From Laetmonice hystrix (lineage: Eukaryota): a stretch of 64,000 nt of DNA. The notes beneath the pieces are model-generated. The model made no database searches, was not told the DNA's origin, and worked only from the letters and a program-made list of their open reading frames with translations. Shown here in pieces: positions 38,613 through 51,931 of this stretch. The stretch's first letter is position 1. The number at the start of each line of letters is the position of its first letter. The DNA lies in the NCBI GenBank assembly GCA_965235115.1, contig OZ249436.1, positions 1,800,001 through 1,864,000 of the forward strand, in the 5' to 3' direction. Both the position numbers and the translations under genes were made by a program.

Positions 38613-41328
38613 GCAGAAAAAAGAGCAAATGCTTCGTAACAGGAGTGTTGCAACCCCCGTACCCCCCCCCCCCCCCCCATGGGTGACTTAAACAGCCAAT
38701 GATTGGCTGTTCAAATCAATGCCATGTCAACAACCAGCCATGAGACGATCGCTTCATGGCGACAACAGGCAGCTGGAATGTTCGCTTTCATTAGATTCCT
38801 CCATTTCTGTGTGTTTAAACATTTATTGATTTATGTAGTCTAAGGCTTTTGGAGTCATTGAAATACGAGATAGTCGGTGTTTGCCTTAAATGTATATACA
38901 TGTATATTATAAGTTGGCGCTCGATCGAGTGCAGCAGGCTGTGTATTAGTGTTTAATTATATAAGTTGGCGCTCGATGGAGTGCAGCAAGCTGTGTATTA
39001 GTGTTTAATATTATAAGTTGGCGCTCGATCGACTGCAGCAAGCTGTGTATTAGTGTTTAATATTATAAGTTGGCGCTCGATGGAGTGCAGCAAGCTGTGT
39101 ATTAGTGTTTAATATTATAAGTTGGCGCTCGATCGACTGCAGCAAGCTGTGTATTAGTGTTTAATATTATAAGTTGGCGCTCGATGGAGTGCAGCAAGCT
39201 GTGGATTAGTGTTTAATATTATAAGTTGGCGCTCGATCGAGTGCAGCAAGCTGTGTATTAGTGTTTAATATTACGTTTCATGTGTCACACCTCCACTAGA
39301 TCTGATGACGATTTGATTCATGAATTCAGTAGACGCCGTGTACAGTTTGGATGAAAGCCCGTAAGTCAGTCAGATAGGACAGGAGATTTATGAGACAGTT
39401 TCGTAAGTCAGTCAGATAGGACAGAAGATTTATGAGACAGTTTCTAGAAAAGATCAATGACATTAACGAGTACAGTCTGCCAGGTCGGTCAGAGCTTAGC
39501 AGTCTTTATATTTCGTTTACTGTGAAAAGTACTAATATAATATTACGACAGTGTAATGTCCTATTATGAATTGGTTGCTCTCTAGAAACCTGCCCCGCTG
39601 GCCACCGTTTATATCGGTCAGCTTGTTCAAATGAGAGCCCCAAACCATGAAGTACGAAAAGGTTTATTCATTCTCGTTTCTTGTCTCCGGCTATAATTGA
39701 GAAATAAAATAAGATTTTAAATGCAGCGATGTGTGTGCATCTAATAAAGAGGGATAAAAACTACATAGAAAGATACATGTCATTATAATGAAATGTGGAA
39801 AAGAAAAAAAAAGGAATCGCATGGGTCTAGAACATGATGCACATGTATTATGTACATGTAGTTATCTAGGGTCAATCATGTTTGCCTCTCAACACATATT
39901 CGCCCAGACAGATCATAGCTCATAGCTCTGTGTTCAAATGTTCAAATGCAGAAAAAAGAGCAAATGCTTCGTAACAGGAGTGTTGCAACCCCCGTACCCC
40001 CCCCCCCCCCCCATGGGTGACTTGAACAGCCAATGATTGGCTGTTCAAATCAATGCCATGTCAACAACCAGCCATGAGACGATCGCTTCATGGCGACAAC
40101 AGGCAGCTGGAATGTTCGCTTTCATTAGATTCCTCCATTTCTGTGTGTTTAAACATTTATTGATTTATGTAGTCTAAGGCTTTTGGAGTCATTGAAATAC
40201 GAGATAGTCGGTGTTTGCCTTAAATGTATATACATGTATATTATAAGTTGGCGCTCGATCGAGTGCAGCAGGCTGTGTATTAGTGTTTAATTATATAAGT
40301 TGGCGCTCGATGGAGTGCAGCAAGCTGTGTATTAGTGTTTAATATTATAAGTTGGCGCTCGATCGACTGCGGCAAGCTGTGTATTAGTGTTTAATATTAT
40401 AAGTTGGCGCTCGATGGAGTGCAGCAAGCTGTGTATTAGTGTTTAATATTATAAGTTGGCGCTCGATCGACTGCAGCAAGCTGTGTATTAGTGTTTAATA
40501 TTATAAGTTGGCGCTCGATGAAGTGCAGCAAGCTGTGGATTAGTGTTTAATATTATAAGTTGGCGCTCGATGGAGTGCAGCAAGCTGTGTATTAGTGTTT
40601 AATATTATAAGTTGGCGCTCGATCGAGTGCAGCAAGCTGTGTATTAGTGTTTAATATTACGATTCATGTGTCACACATCCACTAGATCTGATGACGATTT
40701 GATTCATGAATTCAGTAGACGCCGTGTACAGTTTGGATGAAAGCCCGTAAGTCAGTCAGATAGGACAGGAGATTTATGAGACAGTTTCGTAAGTCAGTCA
40801 GATAGGACAGAAGATTTATGAGACAGTTTCTAGAAAAGATCAATGACATTAACGAGTACAGTCTGCCAGGTCGGTCAGAGCTTAGCAGTCTTTATATTTC
40901 GTTTACTGTGAAAAGTACTAATATAATATTACGACAGTGTAATGTCCTATTATGAATTGGTTGCTCTCTAGAAACCTGCCCCGCTGGCCACCGTTTATAT
41001 CGGTCAGCTTGTTCAAATGAGAGCCCCAAACCATGAAGTACGAAAAGGTTTATTCCTTCTCGTTTCTTGTCTCCGGCTATAATTGAGAAATAAAATAAGA
41101 TTTTAAATGCAGCGATGTGTGTGCATCTAATAAAGAGGGATAAAAACTACATAGAAAGATACATGTCATTATAATGAAATGTGGAAAAGAAAAAAAAAGG
41201 AATCGCATGGGTCTAGAACATGATGCACATGTATTATGTACATGTAGTTATCTAGGGTCAATCATGTTTGCCTCTCAACACATATTCGCCCAGACAGATC
41301 ATAGCTCATAGCTCTGTGTTCAAATGTT
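38613..41328. repeat. Tandem segmental duplication (1,330 bp and 1,381 bp)
   Basis: Copies at 38613-39942 and 39948-41328 are near-identical; they carry 7 versus 8 copies of a 52-bp unit (tattataagttggcgctcgatggagtgcagcaagctgtgtattagtgtttaa) and C17 versus C16. Confidence 0.95.
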
Positions 41329-43343
41329 TTAATTTATCATGCTACTATACGAACATAATCGACCACGTATATATATTTCTTTATGGACATATTTCACCTT
41401 TATTTAAGAGCAGTCTACGTGCCGTTTACAAGTTTACTATGACCGGGACAACAGCTGGTAAAGACGAACAGGTAAAACTGTTGTATTTAAACCCATGTGA
41501 ACGGCAGATGCTCTGAGACCTGGGTTCAATTTAAACCCATGTGAACGGCAGATGCTCCCAGACCTGCTTTCAACTGATGTTCAGAGGAAGCTGAGTTGAG
41601 TTTGTTCATTAAATCTGTTCGCTAATATGTGTATTTACATCCGGGTAACTATGATTTATAGGTGGGCAAACAAAGGCCTGAGTGTACCAAGTGTATAGTG
41701 CTAGTGTTAGCTAGTGAACCTATAGATCTCCTGAGGACGAGGTTGTGTGGAGTGTAGACCAAGGTCCACCATATTCTCACGAGACCATTGTTGCCCGGGG
41801 TAACCGCCGGACCTGTTGGCATAGAGGTCTGTTTCTTGTCTTCGACGAAGCAGGGCTAGACACATAAATAATCTTTCCTCTAAATATTAACACTGGTATA
41901 GATCCACAATCGGGCTTGGATGTCACCGCTGGGAACGGGAGCCAAGGGAGGCCGGTTATGGGAGGATAGCATGCGATTGGTCCACAATTACCGCGAACTC
42001 TACGTGATTCTCCGCCAACTGATGGAGATGTGAGGGTCTGGGGTCTCTGTGGGGGTGGGTAGGGGGCACCATTGATATATCACCCCGCCGGCTGTAGTTG
42101 ACCCCCAGCCTCTACCCTAGCCCTACAGTCTGCCACACATAGGAAACACAAGCATCTTTTTTTAACCACATGGAGGGAAATGCAACAGTAGTGACATCTG
42201 GCGAGAATAAATAATATCTATTGGGGATATAGGTTGTCGTAATGCCATGACACTTACTTGATTGGAGAATTTGTCCCAGACTTCAGGCAGATCTAAACGT
42301 AATGGACATTTGAAATTACTTTTAAGAAGCTATCACGTGCCTTAATTAAGATTTCATGAAAATATTTCAAGACTTTAACAATCGTTGAGTAAATGGGGTC
42401 TTGTTTGATTCGAGTTTCAACAGTTTTACATAATTATATATAGGGGATTCCATGCCATACCTGTATACATTCATAGATATCTTCAACGAGTTCACCACAT
42501 GAATCTTGGATCCGCCCCTGCTGTATGTAGAGAAGCAGATAAGCCCCCCCCCCCCCCCCCCCCGTACAATGAAAAGATAATATTTCCCACCATGTCTCAT
42601 GTGGTTTAATTTTTAATAAAGACGAATCTGCACATTTTACAAAGTAATACTGTTAGGTGAACGAAATCAATTACCCCCTTTCTTTAATTTTTGTTGTTGT
42701 TGAGATGAAAGGTTTTCTATAAATAAAGGGTTTCTAAACTGAATACCTTGTACACAACGTATATCAATCACTTTTTACCATTATCTCTGATACAATGCTT
42801 TCTTACGAGAACGAAATGAACTCCCGGGATTTAATTGACTTTATTTGTCTAAATAAGGGTGTTTCTATAGACTTGTATAATCTACATCAATCATCGTCTA
42901 CAGAATATTTTTCTGGTACAATGGTGCATCTGTAGCGCGAAACAAGAATGTGAAAAATTCTCACATAAATTTTTTCTCAGAATTGGTGTTTCAAGCGGGT
43001 AGGCATATAACGAGAAAAAAATACTATACCCTTTATTCTTCACGGGTTATCCCTTTAATTGTGTAGAAACACAGTTGAAGTGTAGATCTATATTATTGTG
43101 GTTGTGAATACTATTATAGTATAAACATATTACTCTGACTAAATCAAGCACCAAGCCATTCTTTACCCTATCAAAGCTATGTACCCTGTTCAACCTACGC
43201 ACCATGTACAATCTTTACCCGTCCACTCCGCCAGACTTACACCGTGTGAGCGTTTATGTTACCGTTATGAAACATACATCTTCAAGGTCAACTCTTACCT
43301 GATAGACTTACTTTTATGGTGATATGAAACAAATCAATTTTAT

Positions 43344-44361
43344 TTTACCATATATGGTAAGAAATTATTATAATTTACCGTATATGGTGAGAGATGATTA
43401 TAGTTTAGCATATATGGTGAGAAATGATTATAGTTTACTATATATGGCGAGAAATGAATAAAGTTTACTATAATATATTATATGTCGAGAAATGATTACA
43501 GTTGACCATATATGGTGAGAAATGATTACAGTTTACCATATATGGTAAAATGATTACAGTTTACCATATATGGTGAGAGATGATTATAGTTTACCATATA
43601 TGGTGAGAGATGATTATAGTTTACCATATATGGTGACAAATGATTACAGTTTACCATATATGGCGAGAAATGATTACAGTTTACCATATATGGCGAGAAA
43701 TGATTACAGTTTACCATATATGGTGAGAAATGATTATAGTTTACCATATATGGCGAGAAATGATTATAGTTTACCATATATGGCGAGAAATGATTATAGT
43801 TTACCATATATGCTGAGAAATGATTATAGTTTACCATATATGGCGAGAAATGATTACAGTTTACCATATATGGCGAGAAATGATTACAGTTTACCATATA
43901 TGGTGAGAAATGATTATAGTTTACCATATATGGCGAGAAATGATTACAGTTTACCATATATGGTGAGAAATGATTATAGTTTACCATATATGGTGAGAAA
44001 TGATTATAGTTTACCATATATGGCGAGAAATGATTATAGTTTACCATATATGGTGAGAAATGATTATAGTTTACCATATATGCTGAGAAATGATTATATA
44101 TATAGTTTACCATATATGACGAGAAATGATTATAGTTTACCATATATGGTGAGAAATGATTATAGTTTACCATATACTATGCTGAGAAATGATTATATAT
44201 ATAGTTTACCATATATGGTGAGAAATGATTACAGTTTACCATATATGGTGAGAAATGATTATAGTTTGCCATATATGGTGAGAAATGATTATAGTTTACC
44301 ATATATGGTGAGAAATGATTACAGTTTACCATATATGGCGAGAAATGATTATAGTTTACCA
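43344..44361. repeat. Minisatellite, 30-bp unit, ~33 copies
   Basis: Unit tttaccatatatggtgagaaatgattatag with the 12-bp palindrome accatatatggt. Confidence 0.97.
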
Positions 44362-45144
44362 GACCTGAGAATATTTACACATTTTGTCCTCCGCAGAATC
44401 TCAGCGATACATGTTATAACAGGTGGTGAATTGACCCGTGCTAAGTACGTCATCCTGCAGAATCGGTGGTAGATTGTAAAATAAAGCGTCTAATTGCGTG
44501 AGTATCCCATGGGAGACTTGGCATCTAAAATATATTCCGACATTCATCAATTTAGGCCTATAATATACGGCTGCAGGAATTTTACCATATTACGTGTATC
44601 GTGGTAATTGAATTAACGATAGAAAACACCAGTATAAACCAGGCTGAAAACTAATTTATGTGAAGACTTCAGGACCAATGTATTCGTTGAATTTGGCGTT
44701 CTCCCAAATACAATTATTCAATTTAGATGTGCAAATGATAGGAAAGGAATGTAACAACAGACCGCCCAACATTTCACATCAAATATACAGAATCAATGCG
44801 CGATACACATGAGCAAATAATGTAGTTCCACAAAGAGTGCCCCAATATTTGTGTGGATTAGTGTCAACCCTGCAGGAACCCTCGATTCAGGTGCGTTACT
44901 TTAAGTTTCCGTTTGAATTTGAAAACTGAACAATGCGCGTGTAGGCGCAGGTGGAGATCCAGGCACGGCCAGCCGCTGTGTCGTTGTCATGGTGACCTCA
45001 GCGGAAGCCTTCATTGATTGCTAACCTATTACATCAGGTAGAAAGCCACGCTGTGTTCACTACGCATGCGCAGGCATACCCGCGATCGATGCATGCTGGG
45101 TAATTGAACAAATCTGCATGATACATACTCAATGTTTGTCACGT

Positions 45145-45622
45145 GACTGTGGGCTTTGATGCCAGAGACTGCTCTCAGTCCAAGCCGTGTGAGGCTGCAC
45201 GGCTGAGCTGGAGACTGTGGACTTTGACGACAGAGACTGTTCTCAGTCCAGGCCGTGTGGGGCTGCACGGCTGAGCTGGAGACTGTGGACTTTGATGACA
45301 GAGACTGCTCTCAGTCCAGGCCGTGTGGGGCTGCACGGCTGAGCTGGAGACTGTGGACTTTGATGACAGAGACTGCTCTCAGTCCAAGCCGTGGGGGGCT
45401 GCACGGCTGAGCTGGAGACTGTGGACTTTGATGACAGAGACTGCTCTCAGTCCAAGCCGTGTGGGGCTGCACGGCTGAGCTGGAGACTGTGGACTTTGAT
45501 GACAGAGACTGTTCTCAGTCCAGGCCGTGTGGGGCTGCACGGCTGAGCTGGAGACTGTGGACTTTGATGACAGAGACTGCTCTCAGTCCAAGCCGTGTGG
45601 GGCTGAACGGCTGAGCTGGAGA
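45145..45622. repeat. Minisatellite, 68-bp unit, 7 copies
   Basis: Unit gactgtggactttgatgacagagactgctctcagtccaagccgtgtggggctgcacggctgagctgga. Confidence 0.96.
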
Positions 45623-46129
45623 TTATAAGTCTTGGCTGAATGCGCGTGGGTATGTGTCTCGGGTCATCAGCCGTATACAGCGTACTATAGGACTAACTTA
45701 ATCGTATCACAGCTATCCCCACCCCACCCCTACGTCCAGCGGATGTCTTGCACCCAGTAAATTCACCCAGTTCATCAAACGCTTAATGTATGAGTAATTT
45801 ATGACGTGTTAGAATGTTATTATATGACCCAGAAACAGATATACATGTACACAAAGTTTGGTCAGTTCATTTTGTTAATTTCCCGTGGCATAATGACTCC
45901 AAAGTCCGCATGTTATGAATCCTGAATCGATGCAACCTTTGAGGGGGATTCTCCATTATACACTCACTAGTCATGCCTTACAAATATTGCAACAATGAAC
46001 TGCGCATCAACGTTCAGTTTGGAGAACTGCGTTACAATCATTTATTCAATTTTCTTTACACTAATTAAGACGTCGTGAAAGTATCTGTGTTCTGAAGTCA
46101 ATGTTTACCGTTTACTGTAGGAAATATGG

Positions 46130-46698
46130 CGTCCCAGGTCATGGCACCAACTGCCTGCCAGAATCCCCGTCCCAGGTCATGGCACCAACTGCCTGCCACA
46201 ATCCCCGTCCCAGGTCATGGCACCAACTGCCTGCCATAATCCCCGTCCCAGGTCATGGCACCAACTGCCTGCCAGAATCCCCGTCCCAGGTCATGGCACC
46301 AACTGCCTGCCATAATCCCCGTCCCAGGTCATGGCACCAACTGCCTGCCACAATCCCCGTCCCAGGTCATGGCACCAACTGCCTGCCAGAATCCCCGTCC
46401 CAGGTCATGGCACCAACTGCCTGCCAGAATCCCCGTCCCAGGTCATGGCACCAACTGCCTGCCAGAATCCCCGTCCCAGGTCATGGCACCAACTGCCTGC
46501 CAGAATCCCCGTCCCAGGTCATGGCACCAACTGCCTGCCAGAATCCCCGTCCCAGGTCATGGCACCAACTGCCTGCCAGAATCCCCGTCCCAGGTCATGG
46601 CACCAACTGCCTGCCAGAATCCCCGTCCCAGGTCATGGCACCAACTGCCTGCCAGAATCCCCGTCCCAGGTCATGGCACCAACTGCCTGCCAGAATCC
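46130..46698. repeat. Minisatellite, 38-bp unit, 15 copies
   Basis: Unit cgtcccaggtcatggcaccaactgcctgccagaatccc. Confidence 0.97.
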
Positions 46699-47217
46699 TG
46701 ACTTGGCTGAAGCGTAACAATATGACAGTCCACAGGAGACGCCGGTCTTCTCTCGGTGTGGTTTTTTTGGACGATCACTTTTTGTCATGGTCACCAGTTT
46801 GTTGGTACTACCCATACTCTGTACACTGTTTGACAGCAGCAGGCTGGACTTGCCTCCTTCTGTCATGTGACTGATAGCTTCATAGAAGGATGTTTAGCAG
46901 AAATACACCCATTGATAGATAGGACTTAATTCCCTGAATCTAAATTTACACTTAAGTCGATTTTGATGAAAGTTGTACTTGCTTCCTTTTGTCATTGCAC
47001 GGCAGTATAGATTTATATACGATCGATAAAATCGAAATGAAAGATCCTCTCTCCTGTTACTGTGAAGTGCTATTTGGAGCATGCTGCAATACTTTTGGCC
47101 AGTGAGAGTATACCATTATATTATATGAACCATTATTTATATAAGCATATTGAGATTGATTGATTTGGCAAGTTTCAGGTTCGATCTATACATTCTATCC
47201 CGATACCTTACGTCAAC

Positions 47218-47236
47218 TACCGCCCCCTAGCGGCAC
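47218..47236 (-). promoter_or_regulatory. CTCF-like motif
   Basis: Reverse complement reads gtgccgctagggggcggta, the same 13-bp core as at 25588; motif match only. Confidence 0.5.
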
Positions 47237-47715
47237 TTCTGCCTGGGCGGGGCATCGTAGCTTGGGTCAGATTATCCAATCAGGGGAGACCTTAATCCTT
47301 CTTTGTTCAATCTGCCAGCAACAAGTCCTTCCCCGCCTCCTCCCCAGGCTCCACCAGAGTTTTATCTCGGTGTCCATCTTGGGGATATTAAAGTTATTAT
47401 TAGGGGATCTGAAGGGATACAATGTTGTTATTAAAATAACCTAACCATACCTAACCAAAAGGGGGTGTCCTATAACCTATAGTCTCTTGTACCTATTCTA
47501 TTTAACACTAATCGGGGGCAACCACCTTATTAAATTCTTTAACAACCCCCACCATCCACTCACCCCCACCCTACCCCACCCCAACTCTGCAATATACCTT
47601 ATTCAGTCATTATTAAAATGACTTTTTCCAGGCCCTATACACATCGATGTGTATGAGTCTCTAAGTCTCATAGAAGCGGTGCCGCGGCCTATTTCAAAGT
47701 GTGGAGGGGGGCAAC

Positions 47716-47849
47716 CCAGGGCCCGGTTCACAAGCAAAGTCAAGTCAATTTTAATTAACTTGAAGTCCCTTTTACTTGAATCTGATTGGTTAAAATGGAT
47801 TTCAATTTAATCAAAATGAACTTGACTTTGCTTGTGAACCCGGCCCTGG
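47716..47849. mobile_element. Palindromic MITE, ~134 bp (possibly PIF/Harbinger-like)
   Basis: ccagggcccggttcacaagcaaagtcaagt ... acttgactttgcttgtgaacccggccctgg, with weaker inverted symmetry continuing inward; superfamily assignment is tentative. Confidence 0.75.
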
Positions 47850-48203
47850 TGTAGGCATAATGTAGGTATATAGGCTCTATCAGAAAGCAAATATAGACTT
47901 ACACGTATACAGTGTCAATGTAGGCATAATGTAGGTATATAGGCTCTATCAGAAAGCAAATATAGACTTACACGTATACAGTGTCAATGTAGGCATAATG
48001 TAGGTATATAGGCTCTATCAGAAAGCAAATATAGACTTACACGTATACAGTGTCAATGTAGGCATAATGTAGGTATATAGGCTCTATCAGAAAGCAAATA
48101 TAGACCTACACGTATACAGTGTCAATGTAGGCATAATGTAGGTATAGGCTCTATCAGAAAGCAAATATAGACCTACACGTATACAGTGTCAATGTAGGCA
48201 TAA
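47850..48203. repeat. Minisatellite, 69-bp unit, 5 copies
   Basis: Unit tgtaggcataatgtaggtatataggctctatcagaaagcaaatatagacttacacgtatacagtgtcaa. Confidence 0.96.
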
Positions 48204-50090
48204 GCCTTGGAAGTATTGTTCAGTTATTGGGTTTAGATCTGTAGGGCCAGATTTGAGTAAGTATTATGATCCCTGCATACCTCCATGACAAAGATATATG
48301 ACCTTTGAAGTAGAACTTTTCATTAAGTCCAGGACCGAGCCTGTTTTTATCTCTTTTTTTGTTCCCAAACAACACCGTTGCTTAAAGACTGTAAAACAGG
48401 TACTTATTTATGTGGGGTTGGTAATAAAGATGTGAGGGGAGGCTATGTGTCTCACAGATTGAAACCGCGGGGCCATCCTTTGGGTATGGATCGTCTTAAA
48501 GCAGCGATTGGCCACCTCCCCGCCGGTAATGTCACCGATCTCATCAAGCAGTCGCTGTAAGGAACAGACAGGACGAGTGCGGAGAGTGTTGGGGGCGCTG
48601 TAGGCCGACAGATAGGTACGGTCATGGCGCCAATACTGTTCACCCCCTGCTGGTTCCGACTTCAACCCTCCCCGCTACAACCTCCGTCACACTATGGAGT
48701 CACCATCGATAGCCTCTTGCTGCAGTCATAATTATGTTAAGTCGAGTTAAACGCCCTCCACGGTACTCAAATTGATTCTGATATCAGGAAACACGAGCAG
48801 GTTGAGGGGCTGGGGGCGAGTCCCCCCTCAGGTCTGCTCTGAAAAGTTCTCCTGTTCTCGGTGACGGTGTGAGTTTGGCGAGAATCTCGTGTGGTTAGCG
48901 GGTGCTGTCATGGTAACCGGACACCAGGCCCGACACGGCAAACGTCCGTCCTAGAGTCTATGCGTCACCGTACAACAATAGAACGCTTGTCTGTTGAAAA
49001 GTGAAGATAAGTTACTTTAATCGTTTGACAAATTGACTGGGTGGAATTACCAATGGCCAGGCCAGGGCAATATGTTACTGTTAACAAGTTGGCGCCAACA
49101 GTTGCAGCCACGCCGATGAAGTTGTCTACAACTTCTGGGGCGATTATAAAACATATCTGGGAAACACCGAGGCTGAGGCAGGACTAGGTCAGAAAAAGTT
49201 TATGTGGGTGGCCACGTGTACATAATAATGTATGCTTAAGGCTGTAGAAGCTCGTAACATATTTAAAAAGTTAATAAGTTTGGTAACAATGATGCGTAAA
49301 GAGCAGGTCTCAGTTTATATGTAACTCTACTGTAACTGTATATGTGGGTGCCATGGGATATATTAAATTCCCACTATATAATCTTACCTATTCTTAATTA
49401 GAAGTTTCAATATTATTTTTGTTTCCATTGGTCACCATAATGTATATCAATATAGTAAATCGTATTATGTATGGCTTACAATTGGATTAGTAGAACTAAT
49501 GGCAACCTGAGAGTTCCCCACCGCTAACGTTGGTATAGGGCCTATATCGTGTAACCTACAACACGTAGCGGAGTTTGTTTGGGGGTTATTATAGCCGGCC
49601 ACAGTGGTTGTTATTTTTATCTTTATCCTTTTCTTTATACTTATCAAAATTGATCTGTTAATGAGAACAAAGTTTTATTATTAAAGTTAATATTTACTCT
49701 TCCCCAGGACGTGTCTGGCCTGGGTTGGTTGATACAAACTCCGCGTGGTGGCGCTGTGGTGTACGGGCTCACGGCCGACGACACTAGCACACTGTCGGCC
49801 TGCTGAGACTCCCCCATACAGTATACCGACAGTCACCTGGTTACAAAATCCTCCATTACGTGAGTGCGGACAGGTCGAGACTAGAGGACCGACCAGCTCT
49901 GAGGAGAAATCCAATTACAGAACGAGATCTCGTGTTTTCTCACGTGGGCCGTGGATAATGAGGTTGATATTAATGTTCTAGATGTGATTCAGAGTCATAA
50001 TTTCGATTGGCTACTTTTTCTCGTGCTGCATCATAGCATTCAGACCTGTGCTTTAATTGGGCTGAACGATTTGGCTTGATTTCTCGATAG

Positions 50091-50239
50091 GAGAAGAAGA
50101 AGAAGAAGAAGAAGAAGAAGAAGAAGAAGAAGAAGAAGAAGAAGAAGAAGAAGAAGAAGAAGAAGAAAAAGAAGAAAAAGAAGAAGAAGAAGAGAGAGAA
50201 AGAGAGGAGAGAGAGAGTAAGAGAGAGTGAGAGAGAGAG
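50091..50239. repeat. (GAA)n then (GA)n polypurine tract
   Basis: About 25 perfect GAA repeats grading into GA repeats. Confidence 0.95.
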
Positions 50240-50759
50240 TGATTATCTCCGTTAATACCAAGTACATTTTGAAGTACAATTTCCCGTATTGAAAATAAAA
50301 ATGTTTTATTGTTGTGCCAGTCGAATTCATATTTAATATTTTCCCTTTTAAGTCATGATGTACAAACCCTAAATGTCTGATTGCATAAGTTCTGTGTAAG
50401 AGGACAATAAACTAAGAGGACATAAACGGATGGTTTATATACTGAAGACTAAGTCTTGTTATAGACGGTCCTGGTGGTATAAACACCAGGTCAACCATAA
50501 TTAACGTTGTTAACAGGAGTCTATGTTAATTATAATTAATGGTGTGACCGCCACGGCCGTTTTGTGTCCTTACTCATGGTCGGAATGATTCCCTGGTCTC
50601 TCTGCAACAAAACGAAAATTTTCCTGACAAAATGCATTGATTCAAAACCTCCGTACGTGCGAATATTTCTCAGGGTAAAAACCCGAATAATATTTCAGAA
50701 GTACTGTTACAGTTATACGCTTAGAAAGTTCGAGGGGAGGCGGTTTCCGTCAATATGGA

Positions 50760-51072
50760 TCTGGTATAATATTGAAGATGGGAAGTTTGGATATAGACTG
50801 CCAAGACAATTAATATCGCAGTAGATCTATGTAATGGTTCTGGTATAATAATTGAAGATGGGACGTTTGGATATAGACTGCCAAGACAATTAATAACGCA
50901 GTAGATCTATGGAATGGTTCTGGTATAATATTGAAGATGGCAAGTTTGGATATAGACTGCCAAGACAATTAATAACGCAGTAGATCTATGGAATGGTTCT
51001 GGTATAATATTGAAGATGGCAAGTTTGGATATAGACTGCCAAGACAATAAATAACGCAGTATAGATCTATGG
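50760..51072. repeat. Minisatellite, 79-bp unit, 4 copies
   Basis: tctggtataatattgaagatgg...gcagtagatctatggaatggt repeated. Confidence 0.94.
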
Positions 51073-51931
51073 CAATCTATCGGGTTGAGATGGAGCAAGT
51101 GTTTCAGACACGTTTATTTCACATGGATATATCTATTTTGTTTGTGATAGTGGGAGTGAGCGATGATGGGCCAGGTTTAGTATTATACCAGAGGTCCGCG
51201 AGGGGAGCCAGGCAGGGACACACGGCCCCATGCACCCTGCCACCGGCCTCCGGCCCCACGACACCCGGCCGCCCACGGAGTATCTCACCCGGCCACCGGT
51301 CCGGGCCCTGTGGTAGCGTGTCATATGGCCATCTATAACCCGTTCCACCGATGAGAAAACACCCTACTCCACAGTGCCGCCATGACATTATTCACACCTT
51401 TGGTAAAACCCCTCAAAGTCAATCAGGGTTGCGAGTATAGGCTGGCACTGAGCCGGGCTTGTCGTCCCCGCCTGTCTATAACTCAACCCGGCTGTCACCT
51501 CCCTGCCTCTCTCAGCCCGGCCGCCCGGCCGCCCGGTACACAGACACCGCCACAACAGTACGCCGTATTCAGGCACGTGTTGGCCCGACATGTGGTAGAT
51601 TCACGGGCCAAGGCGCCCCCTGGCTCTAACACCTGGCCGGCGAGGAGGCGGGGTTGCCGCGGGGTGAGCAAGGGGTGCCACGGTCCAAGTTATAGGGGTT
51701 AGCATGGTCAGAGGAAGCGACTGGGCAGGGGTCAGGCAGGGGGACATCACTAAAGGTGATCTGTCATCGGTAATCGGCGGTAATTGTTGGCCGTACCATG
51801 GTCTACCTCTCCCGACAGGTAACACAGCCCGAGCAGCAGGTAACAATATTGTACGAACCTTACCGTGTCCGATACCTACAGCTGTGTGTGTCTCCATCAA
51901 CAACGAAAGTAAGTCAAACCGAGCACGTCGA

